DNA of 64,000 nt from Zygnema circumcarinatum SAG 698-1b (Eukaryota; Plantae; Zygnematophyceae), in assembly GCA_037447605.1 (NCBI GenBank), contig CM074812.1, positions 1,364,001 to 1,428,000 on the forward strand. The letters run 5' to 3'. The position numbers and the translations under genes were made by a program. Positions 13,567 to 26,530 of this stretch are shown here, piece by piece (the stretch's first letter is position 1; each line of letters opens with the position of its first letter). A model generated the notes under the pieces. It worked only from the letters and a program-made list of their open reading frames with translations, did no database searches and was not told where the DNA came from.

Positions 13567-16297
13567 CTAGTCATCTCTGCTGTAGCGCGCCTCTTGCCGC
13601 GCCATGAGTCCCAGCGCCGCCGCCCTTATCGCTCGCTGGCGGAGCTCCTCGTCCCGCCAATAGTGGCGCACCGCGATGCCGCCATGGCCGGTCATCTCGC
13701 GGAAGGGCACCACCGCGATGTGCCGCTTGTACCTATGCGCGATGGCGTTCACCCTCTTCTGCTCCCACGGATGCAGATTGAAATATGTCGGGTCCGGGTC
13801 ATGGAACCACTCGTCCAGGAACTGCAAGAACAGGTGAGGGACAGTGGGTCAGTTTATGGAATATATGCCGATTCTTTTCCCTTTAGGAAGGTAGGGTTAA
13901 GTGGTCGATTAGGGTTAGGGTTAGAGTGAGGGCTCGGGTTGAGATCATGGTCAGGGTTAGACAGAAGGTTAGGGTTAGGGATATGGTTGGGAATAGGGTT
14001 GGGGTTAGGGTTAGGGCAATAGGATTAGGGTTAGAGATAGCGTTAGGTTCTGGGGTGAGGGTAAGAATTAGGGTTAGGGTTGAAAATTTTGGTTTCCAAG
14101 CAATTTAGTGTTTACAAAATTTTCTAAGTCTGCGAGGTTGGTTTGGGGTTATTGGTGACCTCCTAGCTTCATGTCAACTCCCTCCCTTGTCTTAATATCT
14201 TTACCTACGCTGAAGGCCCTGATATCTCTCCATTTTCCTTTAGTGAAAGTCTACCATCGCCCTCTCTCCCTCTCTCCCTCTCTCCCTCTCTCTCACCTGG
14301 TGCGTGAGAGATGAATTTCGCAACATGAATTGGCCCGCATTCATGAAACCCCAAAAGCACGCTCCTTCCTCATCGTCAGGCTTCGTAAAAAAGGAATCCT
14401 TTTCTTGCGAGTTTTTCCCTCCACACGCTCCATCCGTACTATCTCCATTTCGTGGAAACAGAGCAATTAGACCGTCCTCCACCTCTGAAGGTTCTAGAAG
14501 TTTCACCGGATCCTTCGGAAACCATAACTGAGTGGTCATGTTGACATTTCTCGCACGAATCTTATTGAAATAGTCCTGTTCAGTTCTCAAAAATACGCCA
14601 AAATCACCAACAAACTTACAAAGGAGTGTAAGAAAGTATATCAAGTGTATTTTTTTCCTTTGTTAAGTAGAGTTTCCCATTGACAATTTTAGACACGGTG
14701 AGAAGGGCAGCAGCAAGTATTTGAACATATTTTTGTCCTTACCGGCTCAGTGAGCTTGTGCAGCCATTGCTCAATAGACAGGTCGTGACCGCTCATTCGA
14801 AAATATGCGTCCGAGTCCAAAAACATGACCCATTCGCAGCAGCATTGGAGCTGCGCCTTTGCAAACAGAATCTGCAGTTGAATGAACGAATTAAAAAAAT
14901 CACTTCAGCATTGAAGAAGCTGCATAATTCTACGCCTTAATGCTTCGAAGTCCTTCTCGAGCCTCCCCCCCTCTCTCTCTCTCTCTCTCTTCCTCTGTCT
15001 CGAGCCTCCCCCCCCCCCCCCCCCCCCNNNNNNNNNNCCCCCCCCCCCCCCCCCCTTCTCTCTTTCTCTTGTTCTGTCCCTCCTTTTGGCATCCAAGAGA
15101 CTCACCTACGACATGGACTCATACTGTACCTGCAGAATCTTCTCATCTAACTTCTATGTTTTTTTTTTTTTTTTGGGTTTGGTCATGTGGGAAAAAGAAG
15201 AGAGTTTAAGGCTAAGCTTTACCTTGTACCAAGATGCCGCGCGTTTCGGCGTTGTTTCATAGTCCTTTGCTCTCGCGAGGATGAATCGGTAGCCATGCCT
15301 TTCTGCATAGGCTCTAGACATGTTTCATGCATTAACGAATGCGAGTAAGAACATCATACGGCGCATGAGAAGAGAGAGAGGGAGAGGGAGGGAGGGAGGG
15401 GGAGAGAGAAAAAGGGAGCGAGTGGGGGAGAGGAAGAGAGAGAGAGAGAGAGCAGGGGGGGCGCAGAGAGGGGGAAACAGAGAAGGGAAGAGATACTCCC
15501 TAGTTTCTGTAAAGCGGTCCTTAATCCAAAAACAGATTCAAACATTCTTTCATGCGAATTATAAGTCAGAAATTTAATTAATAAACCATAAAAGGATTTG
15601 ATGTCTGGACATCAACTTTTTGGCAGACCCACCGGTTGATCACTCTTGAAAATAACCAAAATGGCGCAAATTCGCCCCACTTTTCCAAATCCGGATAATT
15701 CATTTTGAATCGGCGGTCGTCCATAAATAGAATGCATCCAGGGGGACCTCCCTTTACTGGCTGGAAAAATCAATTCAAAAGAAGAAAAAAAAAGTGGAAG
15801 GAAAAAGGGAACCAAACTTAAACCAAAAACTTAAATCTTTTCTTGATCTTTCAGCACTTGAAAGGGAAAAATAAGAAAGGAAAGACCTGCTCCTGTCTCA
15901 ACCATTTCCTCCCTCTTACTTTTATTTTATTTTCTGAGCCGTTAACATTACCGAAAGCCTAAACTACGCGATCCATGAAAGCCCCAATTCAGTTCTTGTG
16001 CTAAAAATATTCATAGAAGAAATAACTGTAAGTGGAATTCAGAACCTCACTCCTTCCATTAAGAAATAAATCTTCAAAAATGAAGATACAAGAGTTGTTA
16101 CATCATGCTTTATTCATCCTTCTCATTATTTTTTTTTAAATAAAAATTATTACTACCTTATTCTCTTGCGAGCGGAGGATCGTGTCGATGTTTGAAACCC
16201 ATCGCCGCGAGCCGTGATGGGTCCCTCCGTCAATGCATAAAAAAAATAACGGTAAAAGATAAAATGTGCTGATCGCTGTCGGAAAGTTCCATGCCAT
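13567..16297 (-). CDS. GT34 (GMA12/MNN10-type) glycosyltransferase-like protein, paralog A; 6 exons
   Basis: Exons 16297-16157 (MAWNFPTAISTFYLLPLFFLCIDG...RRWVSNIDTILR), 15760-15633, 15313-15223 (AYAERHGY...SWYK), 14871-14743 (WVMFLDSDAYF), 14575-14297 (FMNAGQFMLRNS), 13821-13567 (FLDEW...WEQ). Exons 1-4 are missing from the ORF track. Exon structure is collinear with paralog B. Confidence 0.8.
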
Positions 16298-18610
16298 TGA
16301 ATATAAGTTTCACAAAAAAAAACCCAAGAAAAAAATCCAATTTTTTGCAAGAATGAATGCACGAATGGCTCCTTCTAAGGAACCTCCCTCTCTCTCCCTC
16401 TCTCTCACACTCTCTCCCTCTCTCTCCCTCCCTCTCCCTCCCTCTCCCTCTCTCTCCCTCTCTCTCTCTCTCTCCCTATCTTTCCTGTAACCCTTGTTTC
16501 ATACTGTACGGTTCTATCAGAGAGTGTCGCCACCTCCAGCCAGCCACCTCGTCTCTCCCTCTGGGCACTTCCCTCTTCCCTCCCTCTCCCTCACTCGCTC
16601 TCTCACCTACATCCTCTATTTCGCTCCCTCTCCCTCTTCCACTCTCTCTCCCATACCTTCTTCCTCTCTCCCTTTCTCAAGCCTCCCTCCAACTCCCCCT
16701 CTCCCTCCCCCTTCCTCTCCCTCTCCCTCTCCCTCTCCCTTTCCCACTCCCTTCCTCCCGCTCTCTCCCTTGCCAGCTGCTACCTTCACTTTGCGGTTGT
16801 TAACCGTACATGTACGGAAAAGACCACCTCACACTCGCGGATAAAGTACAAATGTACCAAAATCATGTTCGTACATTTTTGTCGAGACAATGACCGTACA
16901 GGTTTTTGAGGTTTGTTGAAGAACCGTGCAACGTCACGCATGATGTCATGCATCATCCGCCCCTCCCTGGGTCCGCATGCTCATACATGCATACATGCAT
17001 GCCTGAATGCATGCATGCATACATACATCATGGACCATCCTCGCTCGTGCGGGCACATGGCGCGTGGGGCACCCGACCTTTGTGCAAACCATGGACCCAA
17101 CGAACTTGTTTGCCCATGTGCAAACACTGCATGAATGCGGGCGGTCCTAGGGAACTGGGGCTCACTAAAATCTCGCTAAACGCAAGGGCCAACCATGAAA
17201 ATAATGCAACACGCAATGGATGACCTGCGCATTGTGAGCACAATAGCATATGAAATCTTCCAAAGCAATGACTTGGGAAGAGGATTTCAATGCTTTGTAC
17301 CCTCCAGGGTTTAACATTCATACTAGAAAACGAGCTTTGGGCTGGCACCACATGTGAGATCTTTCAGGAAGAAATTTGAATTCTATAAATATGTGGTCTT
17401 CGACAAGAAAAGTATTCTTGCAAGCTTTGGCTGTTAGGACAACCAACTTGAACGTTGTTCAGTATATCTTGATACTAGGCATGTCTTGATTAGGCATTGG
17501 TCTCCGATGGCAATGATGGCATTAAAATGTGCATGCACAACAAAAACATGGAGAGCCATGAGGAGCCAAATGATCACAACAACAACAACAACAACGACAA
17601 CGACAACAAAGCGGCTCTCTCAAGTCGAACAACAAGGTTTAAGGCAGAGGTTTGAACTTCCACAATCGTCTGACGTACGGTTATATTTACGAGACTATTT
17701 TTTGTCGTTTTTGGCCCGCGCTGGACGGCTGGATCTCGGTATCCGCAATCTCCACAGATCCGTCCAATCAATGCGCAGATCGCAGTCCCCCGCCGGAACG
17801 ATCCGGAACTACCGTGGATGGACTGTCCGTACATAACGACTAATCCGGCATGTGTCAATGACGACACGACAGTTGACAGTTGGTTTTGTCCGTTTCCCAG
17901 TCTTCCGTACAGTAATTGGATATCAGGCAAGAATTTTACTGCAGAACGAGTACTCCAAAGGAATCGTGATCCCCTCATAAAGGAGTACTGCATCTTTTCC
18001 ATTCAAATTTTCTTGTCTGATACCCCATCGAGCCGGGACTTGCAGTCGTGGAACCATCGAAAATGGCAAACTCGACAGGTTTCGGACCTTTTCACCTTAA
18101 GATTCACTTTGTCGTGGTCCTTAACTGCCGCCCCGGAGTCTGCACAACCGCCAAACTCACGTTGCCGTAATAACTGCCTCGTTTGTCCTACGCGACCGGA
18201 GACGTACGGTTTTCGGAGGCCTGGCTACTAGCCTAGCTACTCTGGGACACATCGCATGGGCATGCCCATGCCCGCATGGGACCACATCCCATGCATGCAC
18301 AACACCCTTCGTCTCCACAATGCTAGATGGAACTCATGCAGCTGCAACAGTTTCTTTGACACACGTGTTTGTGTGAGAATGGAGAGGGAGAGGGAGAGGG
18401 AGAGGGAGAGGAATGGAGAGAGAAGGAGAGAGAGGGCTTTACAGCGCTTTATTCTTTGGCAAAAATCGGCAATTTCATAAAAAGCATTCCCTAACCGCTT
18501 CCATCCCTCGTTCTTCTAAATCCATTCCCATCGATCCCTCTACTGCCTACAGCAAAACACGTTCCCTAACCGCCGCCTCCTCTACTGTACACCCCCCCCC
18601 CTCCCTCCCT

Positions 18611-19679
18611 CTACCGCGGCCTCCCATTGGCCTGCACGAGCTCCGCCAGCGTCTGTCCGAGTTCCCTGAGCGCCACCGGTTTGACGAGCACCGTGTCCAT
18701 GCCCACCTCCAGGCACGCCTCCCTTATGCCCTTGTCCGTGCGGGCCGTCAAACCCACTATCAGCGGCCGCGCGTCGGGTCTGAACACGAGACCCACAAAA
18801 TAGGAACATGAATCCAACACCCCAAACCCCACAACATTAAGCGTGAACCCACACCCGAAACCCACAGCATTGAGCATGAACCCACACCCCAAACCCCACA
18901 ACAACAACAACAACGCCCATGTAAAGCGGCCGTCACCTGAACACTTGATGTATTCTTCTGGACACATCGAAGCCGTCGATTTCCGGCATGCACACGTCCA
19001 ACAGTACGGCGTCGATCGGACGGCCCCGCCGCACTCCGAGCTCCGCCAAACACTCCACCGCGGACTCCACCGCAGTCACTTCGCAGCCCAAAGTCTCCAA
19101 CATCGATTGGATCGCCACTCTGTTCACATTGTTATCATCGACCACCTGCATGCATGGCGCCCCTCCCCTTCCAAATGAATGACTTACACGGCATACGTAA
19201 TATAAATATATGCATATATAAAACATAGATAGAACTGGGAACTAATTGCTTGCCATACGACCCACCAAAACTGTACGTAATCGCAAGGAAACCCTTAGCA
19301 CGGTACAACTGAATTGGGTCATCACCAGCACATGGAGATCCGCGAGCTCATTCACAAGCGCTTCCAAAAGAGAGGTTTGAGAATTTCGTTCGTTCAACAT
19401 GGAAAGCTGCAGACGGACGGCACATGTGACGGTACAGCCACAGCCCTCTCCTTCACTGGTCATCCATATGTGGCCCTCCATTAGCTGCACAGCAACCGAC
19501 CCACCACCCCGAACAGGACCAAATTCAGACAAATTGTTGCAGACATAGACCTGCTTCGTCTGCTCTCCCGAATGCGGGGAATCTCTCACTCTCCCTCTCA
19601 CGCTCTCTCTCGCTGTCTCTCTCTATCTCTCCCACTCTCTCTCTCTTTTTCTCCCTCTCTCTCTTTTTTTCTCTCTCTC

Positions 19680-19711
<32 letters not shown>

Positions 19712-20822
19712 CCTCTCTCTCGTGGACTCTCCCTCACCTCCACAAACTTTTGGCAAATGGCGAGCCCTAGCCCGTTCCCTCCATAGCTTCCCAGCGCGTT
19801 CCCCTTCTTCCCCAGCCCGAATGGCTGAATTTGTGAAGAAATTTCGCTCTCACTGAACCCTTTACCCGTGTCTTTTACCTCTATTTGAATGTATGCGTAT
19901 CTGTCGGCTTGAACCGGCTGAAAGGGACACACACACAACCCAATTACTATCCAAAAAAACAAGCATTCAATCTCTGAATACATGTATATATATATAGGAC
20001 GTTCAACTCTCCATTTTTCTCTTTACTCTTCTTTATAATCACATTCATGCTGCTGCGACTCACCTCCCATGACGGATTCCGTAAATCTCTGGGACTGTTG
20101 GGCCCATCCAAACGGACTTCCATATTCACAGAACCCTGTGCATAGAAACCACAACCTCTCACTACTTTAACAAAAGCAATTAACATTCCAAGAATCGTCA
20201 AAGCATAAAATTTGAGGATTTTCTTTGAACACATGTCTTCATACTTCAGCATGTGTGTATGATTAATTTCGTCCAAAAGGGAAAGGACGATTTCCTAGGA
20301 TCAACACATACCTTCTTTGTACCCTTCACTGCATTCCCAATCACATTCAAAGTTGTTTGAAGAAGTCGCTTTTCATCTCCAATCACCCATTGCGGAATAT
20401 CTTCCGCGAGATGCATTGAAAATTCAAGTCCTTTACTTCTCGCCATCGGCCAAGCAAGTTTCGCGGTTTCTTGGAACATAGCGAGGAGATCGAAGGGAGT
20501 CATTTCGAGCTCAAGACTGCCACACAACACCCAAAAAAAAAAAAAAAAAAACAAAACAAAAAAAAAAGCTCAAAATCATCCATAAACTGGCGCACATGTG
20601 CGACGGAAGCAAGATTGTTCAGAAAGCGAATGTTTTCAATGTTTGAAGAATGGAGTTTACCCGCCCTCTTCAAGCCGAGAAAACTCCAAAACATCGTTGA
20701 TAAGAGTGGACAGAAGGGATGAGCTCTTCAGTACGGTCTCCACCATCGGAACTTGTTCCATCGTCAAATTGCCTTCCTGATTTTCCCAATTCCATACATC
20801 CAACTGCTCAACAGCGCGAAAC

Positions 20823-20868
<46 letters not shown>

Positions 20869-23800
20869 AACCAAGACCTCCCATTCGGACCCTTCATAGA
20901 GAGAGGGAAAGAGAGACGGGGGGGGGAAGTGGCGGAGAGAAAGGGCGAGAGCAACCAACACCCCCCATTCGGACCTGTAGAGAGTGGGAGAGAGAGAAAG
21001 AGAGGAAGAGAAGAGAGAGAGAGCAACCAAGAGAGAGCAACCAAGACCTCCCATTCGGGCCCAGCAAACGAGACCTCTCATTCCTGCCCTTGATAAAGTC
21101 GAAATTTTCCGCTTGATAAAGTCACCTGTAAGATGGAAGCGAGCGCTATAATGGCCTGCAGGGGCGTCCTCATCTCGTGGTTCATAACGGCCAAAAAATC
21201 GTTCCGAGCTCGAACCGCGGTTTCTGCTCTTTGGCGAGCAGTCTGAAGGGCTCGGTTCTGCTCTACAAGGGCATCTCTGGTTTTCTGAACCGCAGAAAAA
21301 TTACATTTTCAATATGAAGTTAAAGAGTGCGAAAATCTTAGAATCTTAGAATCTAAGAATTTTCAAAGTACAAAGTTTGTATGTCGAGCTTTTATTTTAG
21401 TTTTTTTTTTTAATTTTGATATGATTCATACTTGGGAATCTTCCAGCACTGCCGCATGGGAAAGAGCAACAGCCACTTGGTCTGCCACAACTTCCACCAT
21501 CTCCACTTCATGGGCTTTCCATTGCCTGCAGAACAGAAAAAAAGCTCTTATGTCAACCAACCCAATATCACGGTGCTTTTGATCCCTCTTAAGGTGCGTA
21601 AAATCATGATCAAGTGCTAATCTCCTTTCCTCCCTCCCTCCCTTCCTCCTCCACCTCCCCCTCTCTCCCTTCCTCCTCCCCTCCTCCTCCTCCCTTTCCT
21701 CCCCTCCCTCTCCCTCCCCTCTCTCTCCCTTCCCTCCCTCTCCTTCCTCCCCTCCTCCCTCCCCCCTCCCCCTTCCCCTCCCTCCCGCCCTTCCTGCCTC
21801 GCCCTCCATCTATGTAGCTGGTAAAGATTAGGTTAGTTTAAAGTGGTCTACCTTCTGGAATCTGCAGGAAGCACGAGCACCATTATAGCATACGATGATT
21901 CGGACATTTTCGGCGATTCTCCGGTTCTGAGGTTGTACACTTGGAGCAATGGCAGCCTGACAGCTGTCCTCAACCCACCCACCCTCTGTAACTTCCAGAT
22001 CTTTCTGTCTCTCCCTCTCCNNNNNNNNNNTCCCTCTCCCTCTCCCTCTCCCTCTCCCTCTCCCTCTCCCTCTACCTCTCCCCTCCCCCTCAGACAACTA
22101 CTCCCTAAATCATCCCTAACTCATTAGAACTAAAATCATACTGGAAAAGTGTGTGAGAGAAAAGGTGTGCAATTAGGGCTGATATTTACCTGCCATTGCC
22201 GACTCCATTGTTCCCCTTGGAGTACTCGCCTTTCCAAGGAGGCAGTCTGGTTGAATTCTGACTGCTTGAGGAGTCCTTATTATGGTCTGAACAGTGGAAT
22301 CGGAGGCCGGAACAGTGATAGGGACTTGAATCAACCTCCTCTCCAGCTCATGTGTGAGCTCCAAATTCTCACCAGCTGAAAACAGCATACAAAATAACAT
22401 AAAAATCTCGACCTAAACTTATGTTTCCTTGGTTGAAAAATTGGACAAAAAAAGGAGGGTGGGAGGTAGACGAGAGTGTAGCAGGGGATGGAGAGGAGTG
22501 AAATTTCTCTCCCTACATTGGTCCGGCATCCAAATGGTGCAATTGTCGAGTGAAAGTGTATGCGCGAGCTCTACAAGAGTTGTGTTTAGAATGGTGAGTC
22601 GGTCGAGCGTTGACCGAATTTCATGTGTGAGCATTCGCACGTGCCGGCCCACCTCCTCCTGCCTTCGAATCACTCCCATTTCTCGGTCCAATTGAGCCGC
22701 TTTGTGCTGCAGGAATAGCTCTCGAACCTGCGATTCATCTCCCATGCAACAACTCATTAACAAGCTCTCTAACACAATCTACAAAGTGACCCATATGCAA
22801 AAGAACAGACAAAAGAACGAAACGAACGGCAAAGGGAAGAAGCATTTTGTAACTAAAGCTTGATCAACAGTGGATTGTTCAAGACCCACATGAGTATATG
22901 GGAGCAATTGGGAGTGGGATGGATTACCTTGATATTGAGCAGAGCCGGAATGACTCGCACAAGGAGGAAGGCGGTCGCGCAGGAGACCGCCGCTGTCAGC
23001 ACTTTGAGCACAGTCTGCGTCAGGGCTATTGTGCGAGGGTGGGGGCCGTAGGTCCAGATGGACACGAAGTGGGTGAGCCCTGCATGCATAGAAACGAGCG
23101 AAAGAAAGAAAGGTGAGAGAGAGAGAGAGGGGGAGAGAGAGAGAGAGAGCGAGAGAGAGAGAGAGGGGGAGGGAGGGGGAGAGAGAGAGAGAGAGGGAGA
23201 GAGAGAGGGAGAGAGAGGGAGAGAGAGAGAGGGGAGAGAGAGAGAAGAGAGAGAGAAGAGAGAGAGAGAGGGAGAGAGAGAGAGAGCGAGAGAGAGGGAG
23301 AGAGAGAGAGAGGGAGAGAGAGAGGGGGAGAGAGAGAGAGAGAGGGAGAGAGAGAGAAAGAGATTGTGATTGGAACCAAGATTTGCGCGCTTTTATTTGA
23401 TTGAATAATGATGAGCAATGGCAATCGGCATTAAGCAATTTTTTTTACAACACAAACAAAGGCTTCTAGAAGTGCTTCGTCACTGGCTGTTGAGAGTTTG
23501 AACAAGCCATTGTCAAGGAGAAGGCGGGAATCGAAGCTAGTTTTTTCTTTGTTCTATGACTTGAAATTTAATTCCATATTGCTGAACGAAAAAAAGGAAA
23601 ATGCGTACCGCATAGAACTATGAAGAGGCCGAACTGGAGAAGCACCCACCGGTGTGGGAAAACTTTGGACCTCAGAAAGAAATAGAGAAGCTCCAAAGGA
23701 ATGGAGAAATATGCAAGCGCTATGAGAAAGTCGCTGCAAACCACGAGTTTCAAGCCCACAAATCATTAAAGCAGAATTCCACTATCAAACAAGAAACTAC

Positions 23801-24404
23801 TTCCTTCCTCCTTTCCTAATAAGGTCTATGCTTATCCTTCGTTTGAATGTTTTTTGTAACTCTTGGAATGTCTCCAAGTCATGTTTCGGAACCATGAAGA
23901 AGGAGAGAGAGAGAGAGATAGGGGGGAGAGAGAGAGAGAGGAGGGCTGTTGAGTAGTGGATCTAAATGAAGTCAACAAGGTCAATAAAGCCAACTAATCC
24001 CATACCTTGCCAGCTGGCACCGTGCAACGCCTTCATCCAAACCAAACATGTCTTCATCACACGAGCAGACAGCTGGAAGCACTCGAGGGAGAGGATGAAG
24101 CCTGCACCCCGTTTAGAACTTCAAAATAATCATTCAATTTATGAAACAAACCTAAGCAGCAACGAATGGATCAGTCCTACATATAAAAACCAAACAATGA
24201 TTAAAAAAAAAAAAAAACGGAGGGCGAAGTGATGAAACAGAAACGCCTTCTCGCATGACGTGCAGGTTGCTTTGATCCTCTCGGACTTTCTTTCTCGTAC
24301 CATAAACAACCATTGTGAATGTACAACTCGTGCGATATCTTTCATACAAAGTGAAGTCAAGCTGCGGCAATCCTTTGCTGGTTCTACTTCTGCAAGACCC
24401 CATG

Positions 24405-24442
<38 letters not shown>

Positions 24443-24829
24443 ACTCTCACCTCATGAATAGTGTTCAGCAGAGTTATGCTTCAGCCTCTATTCAAGCTTT
24501 AACTTCTCAGCTGCCCTTCCGTCTTTCTTAAAACTCATTCCAAATCCCAATCCCAGGTGCTTTGCACCCCTCCATGCGGCACCTTCTCCTCGCTCGGAGT
24601 GGTAGATGTGAGAGTTATATTGTGACAGGAAACCAACGACGATCGAGCTGCCAACTGCAAATCCTAATTGGGCCCCAAAACTAAATGAAATTCAAAAGCA
24701 ATCGAGAAAAAGAGAAGTAAGAACATGCCTGCCCTCCCCTCCAGAGGCTCTCACAGCCGCGGAAGCCGCAGCTGCGACGGCCGCCACGGCTGCCAGAGCT
24801 GTGCTCACACCCAGCCACCACCGCACCAT
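18611..24829 (-). CDS. ETR: Ethylene receptor (signal peptide, ethylene-binding TM domain, GAF, His kinase, receiver); 16 exons
   Basis: Exons 24829-24729 (GC donor), 24101-24006, 23733-23609, 23079-22928, 22727-22517, 22375-22190, 21963-21852, 21525-21432, 21284-21126, 20776-20661, 20516-20312, 20135-20064, 19917-19738, 19484-19326, 19145-18937, 18779-18611. Motifs [90 protein letters not shown]. Confidence 0.95.
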
Positions 24830-26017
24830 GGCTGCGCACCTATCGCCTCTCCACGCTCGCACACAATGAAGAAAGGAGGGGGAGGGAGAGTGAGGGAGAG
24901 GGAGAGGGAGAGGGGAGGGGAGAGGGAGGCAAGGTAAGAAAGTGGGGGAGAAAGGGAGGGAGAGCGACAAGGGGGGAAAGGGGAGTGAAAGAAAAGGTGA
25001 GGGGGAGGAGGAGAAGGGGGAAGAGAAGAGAGGGAGGAAGAGGGGGCAGAGAGCTGAGTGGGCGAGGGAGACTGAGGGGGGAGAGGGTGGGAGAGGGAGA
25101 GGGGAAGGGAGGTACACACAGAGAGAGGGAGAACAGTTTTTTGCTGTCGGCACCTGCTAACATCAGCCTGGTATAATTATGACTTCAGCGTGCATTTTCA
25201 TGACGTCATGACATCTTTGTAAGCAATGATGCTCCGTAGAATTTACGTTCGACAACTGGTGATGTACTGTACATGTACGAGCTGCATGACGTCATACATG
25301 AGATAGATGACGCCATAGAGGAAACCTGGTTTACGGGCTTACGCTACTGCGAACTTGGTTTTGGGGTCGAATGGGACTGCCAAGATTTGCAGCAGGTTCC
25401 TCCAACACAATGTTGTGCAGTGCTGATAAGTAGTACAGCAAAGTAAAGTCCTAAATTGAATTTGAAATTGAATTAAAGTTAATCAAGTTAAATTTTGTTG
25501 ACAGGCAGCAAAGCTTTCATGGTTTTTGGCACTGAACAACAGCCTTAGTTCGTCTCTTGGGTTTGTTCAGTCCCAAGTTTTCAAGCTCATCCATGCGACT
25601 TCATGTGGTCCCCAACGTTTGGGTCAAAATCCGCAACGGATAAAGTTGCAAGGCCCAACCGAGCCGAACCGAACCAAGAGTTGGGACTCTCAGACTTGAC
25701 AAAATTTTACGAAAAAATGCTTTTTAGTACAGTATTGCGAAAAATAAATATATATATATATAGCATAATTACATTTGTAGTCCTTGGACCGAATCGAACT
25801 GGACCCAAACAACTATAAACTGGGGACCAAAACGGAAACTAAAACTCGAACTACATCTTCAACTGCAACTAGAACTGGAACTGACACTGGATGTCGTAAA
25901 CATGTGTCGGGGTAGAGGTCCGTTTCCCTAACCCTAATTTTGATCTTTTTCTTTTCCTTCCTCCCCCTCCACCTCCCCCTCCCCTTTCCTCGCTTTCTCC
26001 CTCTCTCTCTCGCAGCC

Positions 26018-26497
26018 ATGGCCATGGCGGAGGCTCTCTCGTCTCTCTCTTCGCTCTCTCTCTCTCACTGCCCCTGCCGCCTCCTCCGCTCTAGAGAAAA
26101 TCGCATGCCACGTGTCGCTCTGCCCGCAGTTCGCGGAGCGCGAGCAGCGCTGTCGCCGCGCGAGTCCTCGCGGAGCGCGGGACTCGTCAGGAAGAAAATG
26201 TGAGATGAAATGTGAGGGATCCCTTTAATTTACCGCACGATAAAATTTTAAGTATATTTTATGTATGCAGATATACATATTTTCTTATAAGTTGTTTTTT
26301 TTGTTTATAATTTTGGCTTCGGGAAACAGAAATCCGCGCATTTTGGAAGATGGTGTTAAAATATTTGAATTGTTCCTTGCTGCATGGTGAATCCAAGCAT
26401 TCCTAAACTTCTAATAATGTCTTCTCGCGCGCTCTCTCCCTCTCCCTCTCTCTCTCCCCCTCTCTCTCCCTCTCTCTCCTCTCCTCTCTCTCCTCTC

Positions 26498-26530
<33 letters not shown>

